A DNA stretch of 64,000 bases from Polyangiaceae bacterium (GCA_033763455.1 JANRKO010000023.1:334689-398688); one strand, 5' to 3'; numbered from the stretch's first letter, positions 1 through 9,010 are shown. Numbers and translations: made by a program. The notes: a model not told the origin generated them from the sequence alone.

Positions 1-1070
1 CCTTGCAGGTACACGTTCCACGCGTTGTCCCACCCGGCGTCGGACGCGTTATTCACGTTCTTGCCGGCTCCGGTTGGGATCATGCTGAAGCCAGACGCCA
101 CCCAGAACTTCCGGAACCTTCCGACCGTTACTTCGTAGTAATCTAGTCGGAAATCGCTCACCGTGGCTGGGTAGACTGCGTTGTTGCTTCGATTGAATGT
201 GCCACCCGGGATCGTTACCGTCGTGCAGCAGTTCTCGCTTCCGGAAACGCCGCAGCTTGCGGCTAGGCCTGAGCAACTCGGAGGTGAGCCGCATTCCCCC
301 GCACCCGTACACGCGGGCGCGCTGTCCGGGCACGCTGTGGCGGTTCCCCAAGATGCTCCTGTGCTGTCACACGTCTGTGCCGAGGATCCATCTGAACACT
401 TCTTGGTTCCAGGTGTGCAAACGCCTGAACAGAGGCCGTCTCCGGTACACGCTTGATTCACGCACGCGATGGGTGGTGCCCAGGCGCCGTTATCGTCGCA
501 CGTTTGAGCCGCGTTGCCGGAACACTTCTTGGCTCCAGGCGTACATACGCCTGTGCACTCCCCTGCAACGCAGGCTTGGCTCACGCACTCCTCCAACTTG
601 TGAGTGCTTACCAAATCCGGCCCGCAAGCAACCCGACTCAAGGCATCGCAGAATGTGTTCCCCACCGCATCAACGCACGCGGCAACTATCGGTGCGCATG
701 CACCCACGTCGGCTCCCGCCCGCGAGTCACAGTACTGTCCGACAGGACAAGTGCCATTGGGTGCCCACACGCCGTTGACACAAGCTATCTGCTGGCGCTG
801 CGCGTGTCCCGCACATGCGTACGCTCCGGTCGCGCAAGGCTGCCCGAGTGTCCCAATTTGACTGCCACCGCTTCCCCCGGCCGTCGACAGGCTTCCGCCC
901 AGAGCAGCGGCGCCACCCGAAATCGTCATGCCCGCTCCTCCCGCGGCGGAAGCGGCCCCGGCCATGGTTGGCGCGCTCCCGCCGCTCGCAACGACATTAT
1001 GTGGGGGGACGGAATCACACGCTGCACCCAGCACCAGCACCCCCCCCAAAGGCCATATCCTTTTAAGCAC
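1..1070 (-). CDS. Cys-rich lipoprotein with C-terminal formylglycine-generating enzyme (FGE/SUMF1)-like domain, running off the window start
   Basis: Translated by hand; absent from the ORF track because it is open at position 1. GTG at 1070 follows GGAG. MLKRIWPLGGVLVLGAAC lipobox, G/A/S linker, two CxGVCTPGxKKCS..AQTCD..GA repeats, then SCC-like 'ENCCTTVTIPGGTFNRS..YPATVSDFRLDYYEVTVGRFRKF', typical of the SUMF1-family N-terminus. Confidence 0.85.
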   Translation of the reverse strand, partial: MLKRIWPLGGVLVLGAACDSVPPHNVVASGGSAPTMAGAASAAGGAGMTISGGAAALGGSLSTAGGSGGSQIGTLGQPCATGAYACAGHAQRQQIACVNGVWAPNGTCPVGQYCDSRAGADVGACAPIVAACVDAVGNTFCDALSRVACGPDLVSTHKLEECVSQACVAGECTGVCTPGAKKCSGNAAQTCDDNGAWAPPIACVNQACTGDGLCSGVCTPGTKKCSDGSSAQTCDSTGASWGTATACPDSAPACTGAGECGSPPSCSGLAASCGVSGSENCCTTVTIPGGTFNRSNNAVYPATVSDFRLDYYEVTVGRFRKFWVASGFSMIPTGAGKNVNNASDAGWDNAWNVYLQ

Positions 1071-1437
1071 CGTGCACTCCGCGTCGACAGAAGACCACGC
1101 ACGTACATTACAGGGTCGCAGCAGTTGTGCCTAGCTAGCGTTGTGTACCAACACCTGGCGTTCACTCCCACCAGGCGTCGTCAATACTCTTCGCTCGTTG
1201 GCCGAATCCAAAAGGCGCAGGTGAATGCCGCCCAAAGCAGCAGCAAGGTGGCCGCCGACGTCGATCGTGAGCGACGCTGGCGCCAAATATGCCGATAATA
1301 TCCTCGTTCTTTGGCATACATATTCGCACGTAGCACGATGATCACCCTCCCCCGAAGGTCACGCGGAGCACCTGCGTCGGTCGTCGGCGCAGATCTCGGA
1401 CGACCCGCGGCTCGGTCGGCTTTCTCCGCCGCGCCCA

Positions 1438-2280
1438 TCAAGGATTGAGCGTTTTGGCGACTTGTCCGATCACGACATCGGCCCAAGCGTCCACTTCGCT
1501 GTCAAGAATGAACTCAGCGTTGACCTCCTTCGCGGCCTTCCGAGCAATCTCGTGGGCATCATCCTTGTTGCTCGCGGCCGAGACCACCATCGCGAGGAGC
1601 AAGTTCGGCAGCTTCTTCCGAACGTCCTGCATTGCGAAAGCGGATGCGTCCACGTGTTCGAGAACGCGCCACGGGTCCGAAACAGCAAAGTTGAAGCACT
1701 GGGCCGCGCAACGCGCGACGCCGTTCGAGACCACCACATCAAACAGCCTGGCGCGCATATCGGCGGAAACCGGAGAACGGGTGCTAACGATCACGTGCTG
1801 AGATTTGTCGATTTTCTCTGCAACGGCGCCCTTCAAAGCGTCCTTCAAGCTCCCAACCAGCCTTCGCTTGTCAGTCGCATGAGGTGCGCTACGCGCAGGC
1901 TTTTCCGGTTCGTCCGGTTCGACCAAGAATGTCGGGGCGACGTCATCGAGCAACGCGTCCGGCTCAAGCAGCGACGCACGCGGCGCGGTCAACTGAATGC
2001 TGCCCTGCCAATCCACGGCGAGCCGTTTGACTGTCTCCTCATCGATGCGCTTCGTGCGGCGGTCGCTGGGCCCTTCGGGAACCATCGACTGCTGCACCCA
2101 CTCCTGGAACGCTCTCGCACTGACCAGGCGTTCGGACTGCGCGAACAGTTCGACGCGACTCCAATCTTCGAGAAACCTGCCGCGGACCGCCCCATCGCCA
2201 AACGTGAGCACGCCGACGTTCACGAACTCCTCGGCAAGCGAGCTCGGAACGAAGCGGACCACTGAGTAGTACGATGTCAT
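1438..2280 (-). CDS. DUF3037 domain protein with C-terminal extension (possible restriction-endonuclease-like fold)
   Basis: N-terminal YSVVRFVP..EEFVNVGV motif of DUF3037. 280 aa, with C-terminal 'FDVVVSNG...AQCFNF'. 4-bp ATGA overlap with the upstream kinase gene. Confidence 0.75.
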   Translation of the reverse strand: MTSYYSVVRFVPSSLAEEFVNVGVLTFGDGAVRGRFLEDWSRVELFAQSERLVSARAFQEWVQQSMVPEGPSDRRTKRIDEETVKRLAVDWQGSIQLTAPRASLLEPDALLDDVAPTFLVEPDEPEKPARSAPHATDKRRLVGSLKDALKGAVAEKIDKSQHVIVSTRSPVSADMRARLFDVVVSNGVARCAAQCFNFAVSDPWRVLEHVDASAFAMQDVRKKLPNLLLAMVVSAASNKDDAHEIARKAAKEVNAEFILDSEVDAWADVVIGQVAKTLNP

Positions 2281-3119
2281 GGAGTTACCTCGCCGCTTCC
2301 AGCGGTCGCATTCTCAGCCCCGGAGGCGAACGCACGCAAGAGGTCGTCGCGTCGACGCCACATATAGGTGGCGAAAGCGATCTTTTCCTCCGCAGAAACG
2401 CCCCACACGGCGGGCGCGGCGGCAATGTCCTCCGCCAGATTCGCCGCGCTAACATCCCCAAGCCGGGCAACCGCTCGAGTGAGTTCCTGTTTGGTCAGCG
2501 CCGCGCCGCTCTCGAGAACACTATCGACGTGGGCGGGGCCTCGCGCTTCAAGGATCGCGATCGTCCAATTCGGTTCGCTCGGCCCAACGAAGTGACCGTG
2601 GTCGACCGACCAAACGTAGGGCGGTGGCTCATTCGGGTAAATTTGCTGATGGTCGCTGGCGTGCGCCCAACCGTAGAGGACGGCAAGGCTCGCGAACCGC
2701 GACCGATTCTCGGTGAGATCGGTGTGGGCCACGCCCAGACGATCCGAGTGTCTATCGAGAAATTCTAGCCCGTGGCAAACGCCCGCCGTCATGTGGGTGA
2801 GACGTGCTTCGGCTTTGACGAGCACGTCTGGGAGCGACACCAGAGCAGGCTTAGGCACTGGGGCACCAATGCGTTGCGCGAGACGAGCGATCACCTGATC
2901 GTTGAAGAGCATCCTCCCACCCGCCTGCTGACCCTTAAGCACCCGGAATACACCGTCGCTACACTTGAGGCAAACCGGCGCGGAAGCAGAGCCCCACGGG
3001 CCAAAATGAAACGTGACGGCTTCAAGAATCGGCGGCAGCTGCCCCGCGGCGGCAATGAGGAGCTGAGCCCAATCGGGTCCTCGCGTCGTGACCTGGCTCT
3101 TTTCTTCGACCTCTTCCAT
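2277..3119 (-). CDS. HipA-like (atypical) Ser/Thr kinase
   Basis: GSASAPV..CSDG...VLK (glycine loop and Lys), LAQRIGAPVP, YGWAHASDHQ catalytic loop, and WSVDHGH as the DFG-equivalent. Coupled to DUF3037, a known gene pairing. Confidence 0.7.
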   Translation of the reverse strand: MEEVEEKSQVTTRGPDWAQLLIAAAGQLPPILEAVTFHFGPWGSASAPVCLKCSDGVFRVLKGQQAGGRMLFNDQVIARLAQRIGAPVPKPALVSLPDVLVKAEARLTHMTAGVCHGLEFLDRHSDRLGVAHTDLTENRSRFASLAVLYGWAHASDHQQIYPNEPPPYVWSVDHGHFVGPSEPNWTIAILEARGPAHVDSVLESGAALTKQELTRAVARLGDVSAANLAEDIAAAPAVWGVSAEEKIAFATYMWRRRDDLLRAFASGAENATAGSGEVTP

Positions 3120-3301
3120 CCTGGTCCTTCTTCTACTGAACCTGGTCGCAACAAGCGCGCGCCGGCCGGCACAACCAGAAAAAATCCTGGGAGAACCTTA
3201 TGCGAAGCCGATCCTATTTGGGCCCTGTCCCAGAGGTCAAGTGAAAGACTCGATGATCTCCACCAGCTCCGGTCCAACTGCCTCGAGTTTGCCTTGCCTC
3301 C

Positions 3302-3337
3302 ATTTCGTTTGTTTCGATTATTGCATTTGTTTCGTTT
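3302..3337 (+). promoter_or_regulatory. Four tandem 9-bp direct repeats (consensus RTTTCGTTT), probable operator of the HTH-PIN operon
   Basis: ATTTCGTTT/GTTTCGATT/ATTGCATTT/GTTTCGTTT in exact 9-bp register, ending 21 bp before the HTH ATG at 3359. Confidence 0.6.
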
Positions 3338-3358
3338 CGCGCTAGCCTGGTCTTTGCC

Positions 3359-3814
3359 ATGCAAACTTCCCCCGTGAAATTGCCTACTTCCAAAGCGTCA
3401 GAGGAAGCCAAGGTGGCGCTTCGCGCACTCTCTTCGCTGCCGCGTCGGAAGGCCTCGCGGACAGTTGAGGTTCGGCCAGAGGGGGAAGGAAAACCAGTGG
3501 CGGTGAGTGTGCCACGTGAGGCATTCGAGCTGTTCCTCGAGATCCTTGGTCAGATGGCGAACGGCAACGCGGTTACAATCGTGCCTGTTCATGCGGAACT
3601 AACAACCCAGCAAGCCGCAGATCTGCTCAACGTGTCCCGGCCATTCCTGGTTCGGTTGCTCGACGAAAAGAAGTTCCCGTTTCGCTTGGTCGGGACCCAT
3701 CGCCGCGTGCTCGTCGCGGATCTGCTGGCATTCAAGCAAAAGGAGGATGCGCGCCGGCAGTCCGTCCTCGATGAGCTTACGGCGGAGGCAGAGAAACACG
3801 GTCTGGGGTACTAA
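3359..3814 (+). CDS. Excisionase/MerR-like HTH DNA-binding protein, putative antitoxin
   Basis: [22 protein letters not shown]...GTHRRV motif (HTH_17/Xis family), directly upstream of a PIN gene. Confidence 0.85.
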   Translation: MQTSPVKLPTSKASEEAKVALRALSSLPRRKASRTVEVRPEGEGKPVAVSVPREAFELFLEILGQMANGNAVTIVPVHAELTTQQAADLLNVSRPFLVRLLDEKKFPFRLVGTHRRVLVADLLAFKQKEDARRQSVLDELTAEAEKHGLGY

Positions 3815-3819
3815 CCCGC

Positions 3820-4395
3820 ATGGCGTTCGTCGTCCTCTACGACGCTTGCGTGCTGTACCCGGCGCCACTGCGCGATCTTCTCATTCGCCTGGCCAACACG
3901 GGGATCGTTCGAGCACGTTGGTCGGAGACGATTCTCGATGAGTGTTTCCGCAATATCCTTAACAATCGCCCCGAGCTTCGTCCCGAGGCCCTCCATCGAA
4001 CACGAGAACTGATGCGCCAAGCGGTGCCGGACTGCATGGTTTGTGGATTCGAGGCCCTCATCGAGGGTATCGAGCTACCGGACCCCAACGATCGGCACGT
4101 TCTGGCAGCCGCTATCCGCGCAGGAGCACAAGCCATCGTGACCTTTAATTTGGCGGACTTTCCGGAGCAAAAGCTCGCATCGTACAACATCGAAGCCAAA
4201 CACCCGGACGATTTTGTGCTCGACACGATCGATCTCGCGCCCGGGCTCGCTACGGCCGTTGTTAGCCGACAGGCAAACGCGCTCAAGAGTCCGCCTCGTT
4301 CAGTGGGGGAATTGCTCGATACTCTGCGGGATCAGGGGCTGGTGCGCTCGGTCGCCAAGCTACGCGAACTGCTCGGCGCTGGTGACGCAATTTGA
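3820..4395 (+). CDS. PIN-domain protein, putative ribonuclease toxin
   Basis: LYDACVLYP, ILDE, LPDPNDRHVLAAAI and IVTFNLADF PIN motifs, with a C-terminal helical extension. Confidence 0.88.
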   Translation: MAFVVLYDACVLYPAPLRDLLIRLANTGIVRARWSETILDECFRNILNNRPELRPEALHRTRELMRQAVPDCMVCGFEALIEGIELPDPNDRHVLAAAIRAGAQAIVTFNLADFPEQKLASYNIEAKHPDDFVLDTIDLAPGLATAVVSRQANALKSPPRSVGELLDTLRDQGLVRSVAKLRELLGAGDAI

Positions 4396-4488
4396 CCGCT
4401 GGCATCGATGACTCTTCAGGACCTCGTGATGATCGCGAAGGAGGTACAACCAATGACCGCCCGTTCCATCGTTCCACTGAACGAAACC

Positions 4489-4894
4489 TCAGCGAGCCGC
4501 GTGCAGTTCCAGACCCAGCACACGCGAAAACCGTTCAAAATCTTGATCCGTAGTAAAAACTGCGAGCTTCCTCCGCAGGCTCACGGCACATATCAGAAAG
4601 TCCGTGTTCGACCCCTGAACCCCCTTGGCCCGACACCGATTGAAGCAAGCTGCGGCTTCCTCGTAGTCAGCCGCTTCGAGCGGGATATCTTCGAATGCAC
4701 GTAAGCGTTCACGTAGCTTCCGATATTGTTCACCAACTCGAACTCCCGACAGCAATTCTTGTCGAATAGCGCCAATCATTGCCACGCGCCCCTCACGTAT
4801 CAAATTCGACTAGCTCCTTAGCGGCTGCGCTATCAGGTGCACCCCTTCTACGTATCGCTTGCGACCACACGCAGGTGTCTACCAGGACGTTCAT
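4489..4894 (-). pseudogene. vapC: VapC PIN toxin, frameshifted by one extra base
   Basis: ATG at 4894 gives MNVLVDTCVWSQAIRR...KELVEFDT*. The rest (LIREGRVAMIGAIRQELLSG...DFLICAV...FTTDQDF) is in another frame. The span is 406 bp = 135 codons + 1. Confidence 0.8.
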
Positions 4895-5091
4895 CGACGT
4901 TGCCGCTGGACCTTGTAGTCATACTTGGGCTCAACGTCGATCTTCCCGAACAGTTCCACAACGCGCTGCTGCTTGCGGCGCTGAATGTACTCATTCAGTG
5001 CTTCGGTAACAGTTGCGCGTTTCGTCTTCTGGCCGCCGATCCTGAGGGCCTCCTCGAGCAGGGCATCGTCAATCGCAAGGTTCGTCGCCAT
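4891..5091 (-). CDS. vapB: VapB-family antitoxin
   Basis: MATNLAIDDALLEEALRIGGQKTKRATVTEALNEYI, 66 aa, with an ATGA overlap onto the vapC start. Confidence 0.85.
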   Translation of the reverse strand: MATNLAIDDALLEEALRIGGQKTKRATVTEALNEYIQRRKQQRVVELFGKIDVEPKYDYKVQRQRR

Positions 5092-5103
5092 GTATGAATT
5101 CTT

Positions 5104-5119
5104 ACACAACTCAGTGTGT
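5104..5119. promoter_or_regulatory. Inverted repeat ACACA-N6-TGTGT, probable vapBC operator
   Basis: ACACAactcagTGTGT lies 12 bp upstream of the vapB ATG. Confidence 0.5.
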
Positions 5120-5416
5120 GACGCTAACTCCCAAGCGCACCCCCGGCCACCCCAAGCACCCGGGAAAGTCCAAATTCGCAGCCATTCTCGCACTTCCGTA
5201 CAAACTCTCGAATGGCCCCAATCTGGAACCCGAAAGCACGATCCTACCCTGGACGCAATCAGCCGCTTTGCCATCCTGGGGGCAGATGATGCGGCTTTCG
5301 TTTTCTCCCCGGGACGCGCGATTTTCACCAGTATACAGCCTGCACGTGGCGCCGGAATGCTCACCGCTGTCGCAGGTTCGCTGCTTTCAACCGCTTGCTT
5401 CGGATAGGCTCGCCTC

Positions 5417-6454
5417 GTGACCTGGGAAGAACGTTGGCATCCGTTGCGCAAAGAGTGGGTGGTGGTAGCGGCTCATCGCCAAGATCGACCCTGGATTGGG
5501 GAAGAGGTCGCGCGCAAAGAAGCGAAGGTGCCTGAATACCTCCCGGACTGTTACCTCTGCCCGGGCAATACTCGCGTGAGCGGCGCCAAGAACCTCCCGT
5601 ATGAGGGGGTGTTCGTCTTTGATAATGATCACCCCTGCGTAGGGCCAAAAGCTCCAAGTGTTGCACCAGGCGGCGGCGTGTTCCAGGCGCGTTCGGCGCA
5701 AGGTCAAGCGCGCGTGGTGTGTTACACACCGCGCCACGACTTAACGCTCGCAGAGCTTGAACAGCCGCAAATCTTGGCGCTTCTGAAGACCTGGCAAACC
5801 GAATATCGAGCTCTCGGAGCGCTCCCCGAGATAAAGCACGTATTGTGCTTTGAGAACAAGGGAGATGTGGTGGGCGTCTCCAATCCGCACCCCCACGGGC
5901 AGATCTACGCAACTAACTTCATCTTTAAGACAACTGAGATCGAGTGTGAAGCGAGCGCCGAACATCTCAAATCAACGGGCCGTTCGTTATTCTCAGATAT
6001 CATTCGTGCCGAAAAGGAAGACGGCCGGCGTGTGCTCGATGAGAACGAGAGCGCCATCAGCTTTGTGCCCTATTTTGCCCGCTACGCGTACGAAGTGTAC
6101 GTAGCGCCTAAGGCCACGCACCCAAGCATTGCGGAGCTTTCGGCGGCGGAGCTGGAAGATTTCGCGAAAATTCTGAAGCTCGCCTTGGTGCGCCTCGATA
6201 ACCTATGGCGTATGCCTCTCCCCTACGTCATGGTGCTTCACCAAGCACCGACAGACGGGCAGAGCTACCCGGGCTATCACTTTCACATTGAATTTCACCC
6301 ACCGTTGCGGAAGCCCAACTTGCTCAAATACCTCGCGGGGCCGGAGATTGGCGCCGGCAATTTTGTGAGTGATACTTCGCCGGAGCAAAAAGCGGAGGAG
6401 TTACGAAGCCTCCCCACGCAACACTACAAGCTTCAAGCCGGCGGACTAAAATAG
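5417..6454 (+). CDS. galT: Galactose-1-phosphate uridylyltransferase family
   Basis: RWHPL..EWV, RQDRPW, CYLCPGN, FENKG...[13 protein letters not shown] (HPH active site), HFHIEFHPP. Confidence 0.9.
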   Translation: MTWEERWHPLRKEWVVVAAHRQDRPWIGEEVARKEAKVPEYLPDCYLCPGNTRVSGAKNLPYEGVFVFDNDHPCVGPKAPSVAPGGGVFQARSAQGQARVVCYTPRHDLTLAELEQPQILALLKTWQTEYRALGALPEIKHVLCFENKGDVVGVSNPHPHGQIYATNFIFKTTEIECEASAEHLKSTGRSLFSDIIRAEKEDGRRVLDENESAISFVPYFARYAYEVYVAPKATHPSIAELSAAELEDFAKILKLALVRLDNLWRMPLPYVMVLHQAPTDGQSYPGYHFHIEFHPPLRKPNLLKYLAGPEIGAGNFVSDTSPEQKAEELRSLPTQHYKLQAGGLK

Positions 6455-7470
6455 TGCACATTTCTGAATTTCTACCAGTACTTAGCGAATTACACGCGGC
6501 GATCCGCTCTGCCGTCGTGAAGGCGTGCGAATCCCAAAGCATCGAAGCCGTTTCGGCCATTGCGGATGATTCCGACGTCGCCGATACGATCTTCGCCATC
6601 GATAAGGTGAGCGAAGAGCTTCTTCACGCCATGTTGGAGCCGCACGCGAAGCGGCTGGGAGGCATCCTGCTCATCGCTGAGGGGTTGCCAGAGGCAGGCC
6701 TCCGGCTCCCACACGATCAACCGGAAGAAAGCTTGAAGTGGCGGGTCATCGTCGATCCGATCGATGGCACCCGCGGGCTCATGTATCAGAAGCGCAGTGC
6801 TTGGGTGCTTACAGGCGTCGCCCCCAACCGCGGCAAGGCCACCACACTGCTCGATATTGAGCTGGCGGTGCAAACAGAAATCCCGCTCGTTAAGCAGCAC
6901 TTGTGCGATGTCTTTTCTGCCATCCGAGGTCAAGGTGTTACGGCCACTCGCTTGAATCGACTGACGGGTGTTTCGGTACCGCTTTTTGTGCGTCCCTCCA
7001 AAGCGCACACGATCGAACAGGGCTACAGCGCGCTCACGCGCCTTTTTCCGGGTGCACGCGATGTTCTGGCCGCCATCGATGAGGACTTGGTGGCTCGCGT
7101 CTTAGGCCCGGCGAAAGCTAGCCGAGCTCAGTGCTTCGAAGATCAATATGCGAGCACCGCAGGGCAGTTACACGAGCTCTTGGTTGGCCATGATCGTTTT
7201 TTGGCTGATCTACGGCCCCTTATGGATTCTGTCCTGGCGAGCCGCGGTCTGCCGAGTGCTATGTATTGCCACCCGTATGATATTTGCACTTCGCTCATCG
7301 CGGAGGAAGGCGACGTTGTGGTGCGCGCGGCGGATGGTTCACAGCTGGATGTGCCTTTAGATGTGACAACTCCCGTAGCGTGGGCTGGCTATGCTAACGC
7401 TACTATCCAAGCTCAAGTCGAACCGGCTCTTCTGCAGATCTTGCGGGAGCGCCAACTCATAGGAGTGTGA
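6454..7470 (+). CDS. Inositol monophosphatase-superfamily protein
   Basis: IVDPIDGTRG metal-binding motif, AEG, HPYD. Translationally coupled to galT. Confidence 0.8.
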   Translation: MHISEFLPVLSELHAAIRSAVVKACESQSIEAVSAIADDSDVADTIFAIDKVSEELLHAMLEPHAKRLGGILLIAEGLPEAGLRLPHDQPEESLKWRVIVDPIDGTRGLMYQKRSAWVLTGVAPNRGKATTLLDIELAVQTEIPLVKQHLCDVFSAIRGQGVTATRLNRLTGVSVPLFVRPSKAHTIEQGYSALTRLFPGARDVLAAIDEDLVARVLGPAKASRAQCFEDQYASTAGQLHELLVGHDRFLADLRPLMDSVLASRGLPSAMYCHPYDICTSLIAEEGDVVVRAADGSQLDVPLDVTTPVAWAGYANATIQAQVEPALLQILRERQLIGV

Positions 7471-7476
7471 ATAGCT

Positions 7477-8919
7477 GTGCTCAGTTTTCCTGACGTAGAT
7501 GCCTGGCCTGGAGCCCGCGAGTTTCTGGCCGCGCTACACGGGCTCCGCAAACATGAGCAGCTCTGCACCCGATCGCTATTTTTGGATGCGTCCCCCATCA
7601 CGATTGCGCGAGCCCCTGGCCGCCTCGATCTTATGGGTGGCATCGCAGATTATTCTGGCTCTTTGGTATTGGAAATGCCCATTCGCGAGGCAGCGTTTGT
7701 CGCCGCGAGCCTTAACGCCACGGGCACGGTGAAAGTCACCACTCAAGATGCAGCAACGGGAGAGCGACGGGACTTCGATTTTCCTATCCAAGATCTCATG
7801 AGTGGAGCCTTCTCCAGCTATGAGCGCGCCCACGGATATTTTGCCGCAGACCGAGCGCATTCATGGGCGGGTTATGTGGTGGGGGTTTTGGTGGCGCTTT
7901 TTCAAGATACAGGCCTTAAGGTTCCCGAAGGCCTCTCAGTCTTCGTGTTTTCCCAAGTTCCGGAGGGCAAAGGCGTGAGCTCCTCTGCCGCCCTGGAAGT
8001 AGCCACGCTCAATGCCGTTCTAGGCGCTCTGCAGCAAACGCTCCCCAAAGATCGCATTGCGCTGCTCTGTCAAAAAGCAGAGAACCTGGTAGTGGGTGCA
8101 CCGTGCGGTGTGATGGATCAGATGACATCCGCGTTGGGTGAAGAGGGGCAATTGTTGGAGCTGCTCTGCCAGCCCGCCGAAGTGCTCGGAAGCGTGAAGC
8201 TGCCCGAAGATCTGCAAGTGTGGGGTATCGATTCCGGCGTGCGTCATGCCGTTTCTGGGGCGGATTACACGGACGTGCGAGTGGCCGCCTTTATGGGCCA
8301 ACGGATCCTTTCGGTGCACGCACAACGCGCTTCTGAAGCTGCGGGGGCTCGGCAGTTTACGGGGCACCCCTACCTGGCGAACCTAACGCCCAGCGAGCTG
8401 GTAGCCACTCACACGCGGCATTTGCCCACCACCCTTCGCGGTGCTGACTTCCTGCGTGAATTTGGCCACACGAACGACACCGTGACGCGTGTGGATCCCG
8501 AGGTGTCATATCCGGTAGCTGCAGCCACGGCTCATCCCATTTTCGAACACTTCCGCGTTCGGTGCTTCCGCTCATTGCTCAAGACGGGCACTTTGGACGC
8601 GAATGGGGCAGCTACGCTCGGCGAACTCATGTACCAGTCACACGCCAGCTACGGTGCTTGTGGCCTAGGTTGCCAGCCGACAGATTTATTGGTGGAGCTG
8701 GTACGGCGCGAAGGAATAGATGCGGGTTTGTTGGGTGGAAAGATCACAGGCGGTGGCAGCGGCGGCACGGTGGCTGTGCTCGGGCGCCGTGGCAGTGATG
8801 CAGCCATTCAGCGCATCTTAGAGGCTTATCAAGAGCAAACCGGGATTGCGAGTTATCTGTTCCAGGGCTCTTCGCCGGGCGCGGCAGCGTTTGGTACACG
8901 AGTACTGAGCGGGCACTAG
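7477..8919 (+). CDS. GHMP sugar kinase, L-arabinokinase/galactokinase-like
   Basis: ARAPGRLDLMGGIADYSGSLVLEMP, VPEGKGVSSSAALEVA, CQKAENLVVGAPCGVMDQM, GKITGGGSGGTV. Confidence 0.85.
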   Translation: MLSFPDVDAWPGAREFLAALHGLRKHEQLCTRSLFLDASPITIARAPGRLDLMGGIADYSGSLVLEMPIREAAFVAASLNATGTVKVTTQDAATGERRDFDFPIQDLMSGAFSSYERAHGYFAADRAHSWAGYVVGVLVALFQDTGLKVPEGLSVFVFSQVPEGKGVSSSAALEVATLNAVLGALQQTLPKDRIALLCQKAENLVVGAPCGVMDQMTSALGEEGQLLELLCQPAEVLGSVKLPEDLQVWGIDSGVRHAVSGADYTDVRVAAFMGQRILSVHAQRASEAAGARQFTGHPYLANLTPSELVATHTRHLPTTLRGADFLREFGHTNDTVTRVDPEVSYPVAAATAHPIFEHFRVRCFRSLLKTGTLDANGAATLGELMYQSHASYGACGLGCQPTDLLVELVRREGIDAGLLGGKITGGGSGGTVAVLGRRGSDAAIQRILEAYQEQTGIASYLFQGSSPGAAAFGTRVLSGH

Positions 8920-9010
8920 CAGGCTCAGATGGATGCGTTTTTGTTCAGGTGGCGTTTGGGGCCACGAGAAGGCCGCTGCGACCCGTGAGTGCTCGAACAG
9001 CAATGCTTGT

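Noticed and set aside
197..1298. Plus-strand ORFs of 193 and 281 aa
   Set aside because: Antisense shadows of the Cys-rich FGE gene, with no recognisable motifs.
1288..3209. XerC-arm-like 11-mers (TATGCCGATAA near 1288; TTATGCGAAGC near 3199) flanking the kinase-DUF3037 module, suggesting a dif-module
   Set aside because: Neither has a XerD arm (TTATGTtAAat-like) at 6-bp spacing, and the two match each other poorly.
1462..3377. Long plus-strand ORFs (267, 164, 201 aa) opposite the kinase-DUF3037 genes
   Set aside because: Typical high-GC antisense frames with no family motifs.
3359..3814. Excisionase as evidence for a prophage or ICE
   Set aside because: No integrase, att-associated tRNA or phage genes. 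Pairing with PIN fits a TA module better.
4891..5451. 186-aa ORF call for the antitoxin
   Set aside because: Only the last 66 codons resemble VapB. The upstream extension crosses the operator and the galT start.
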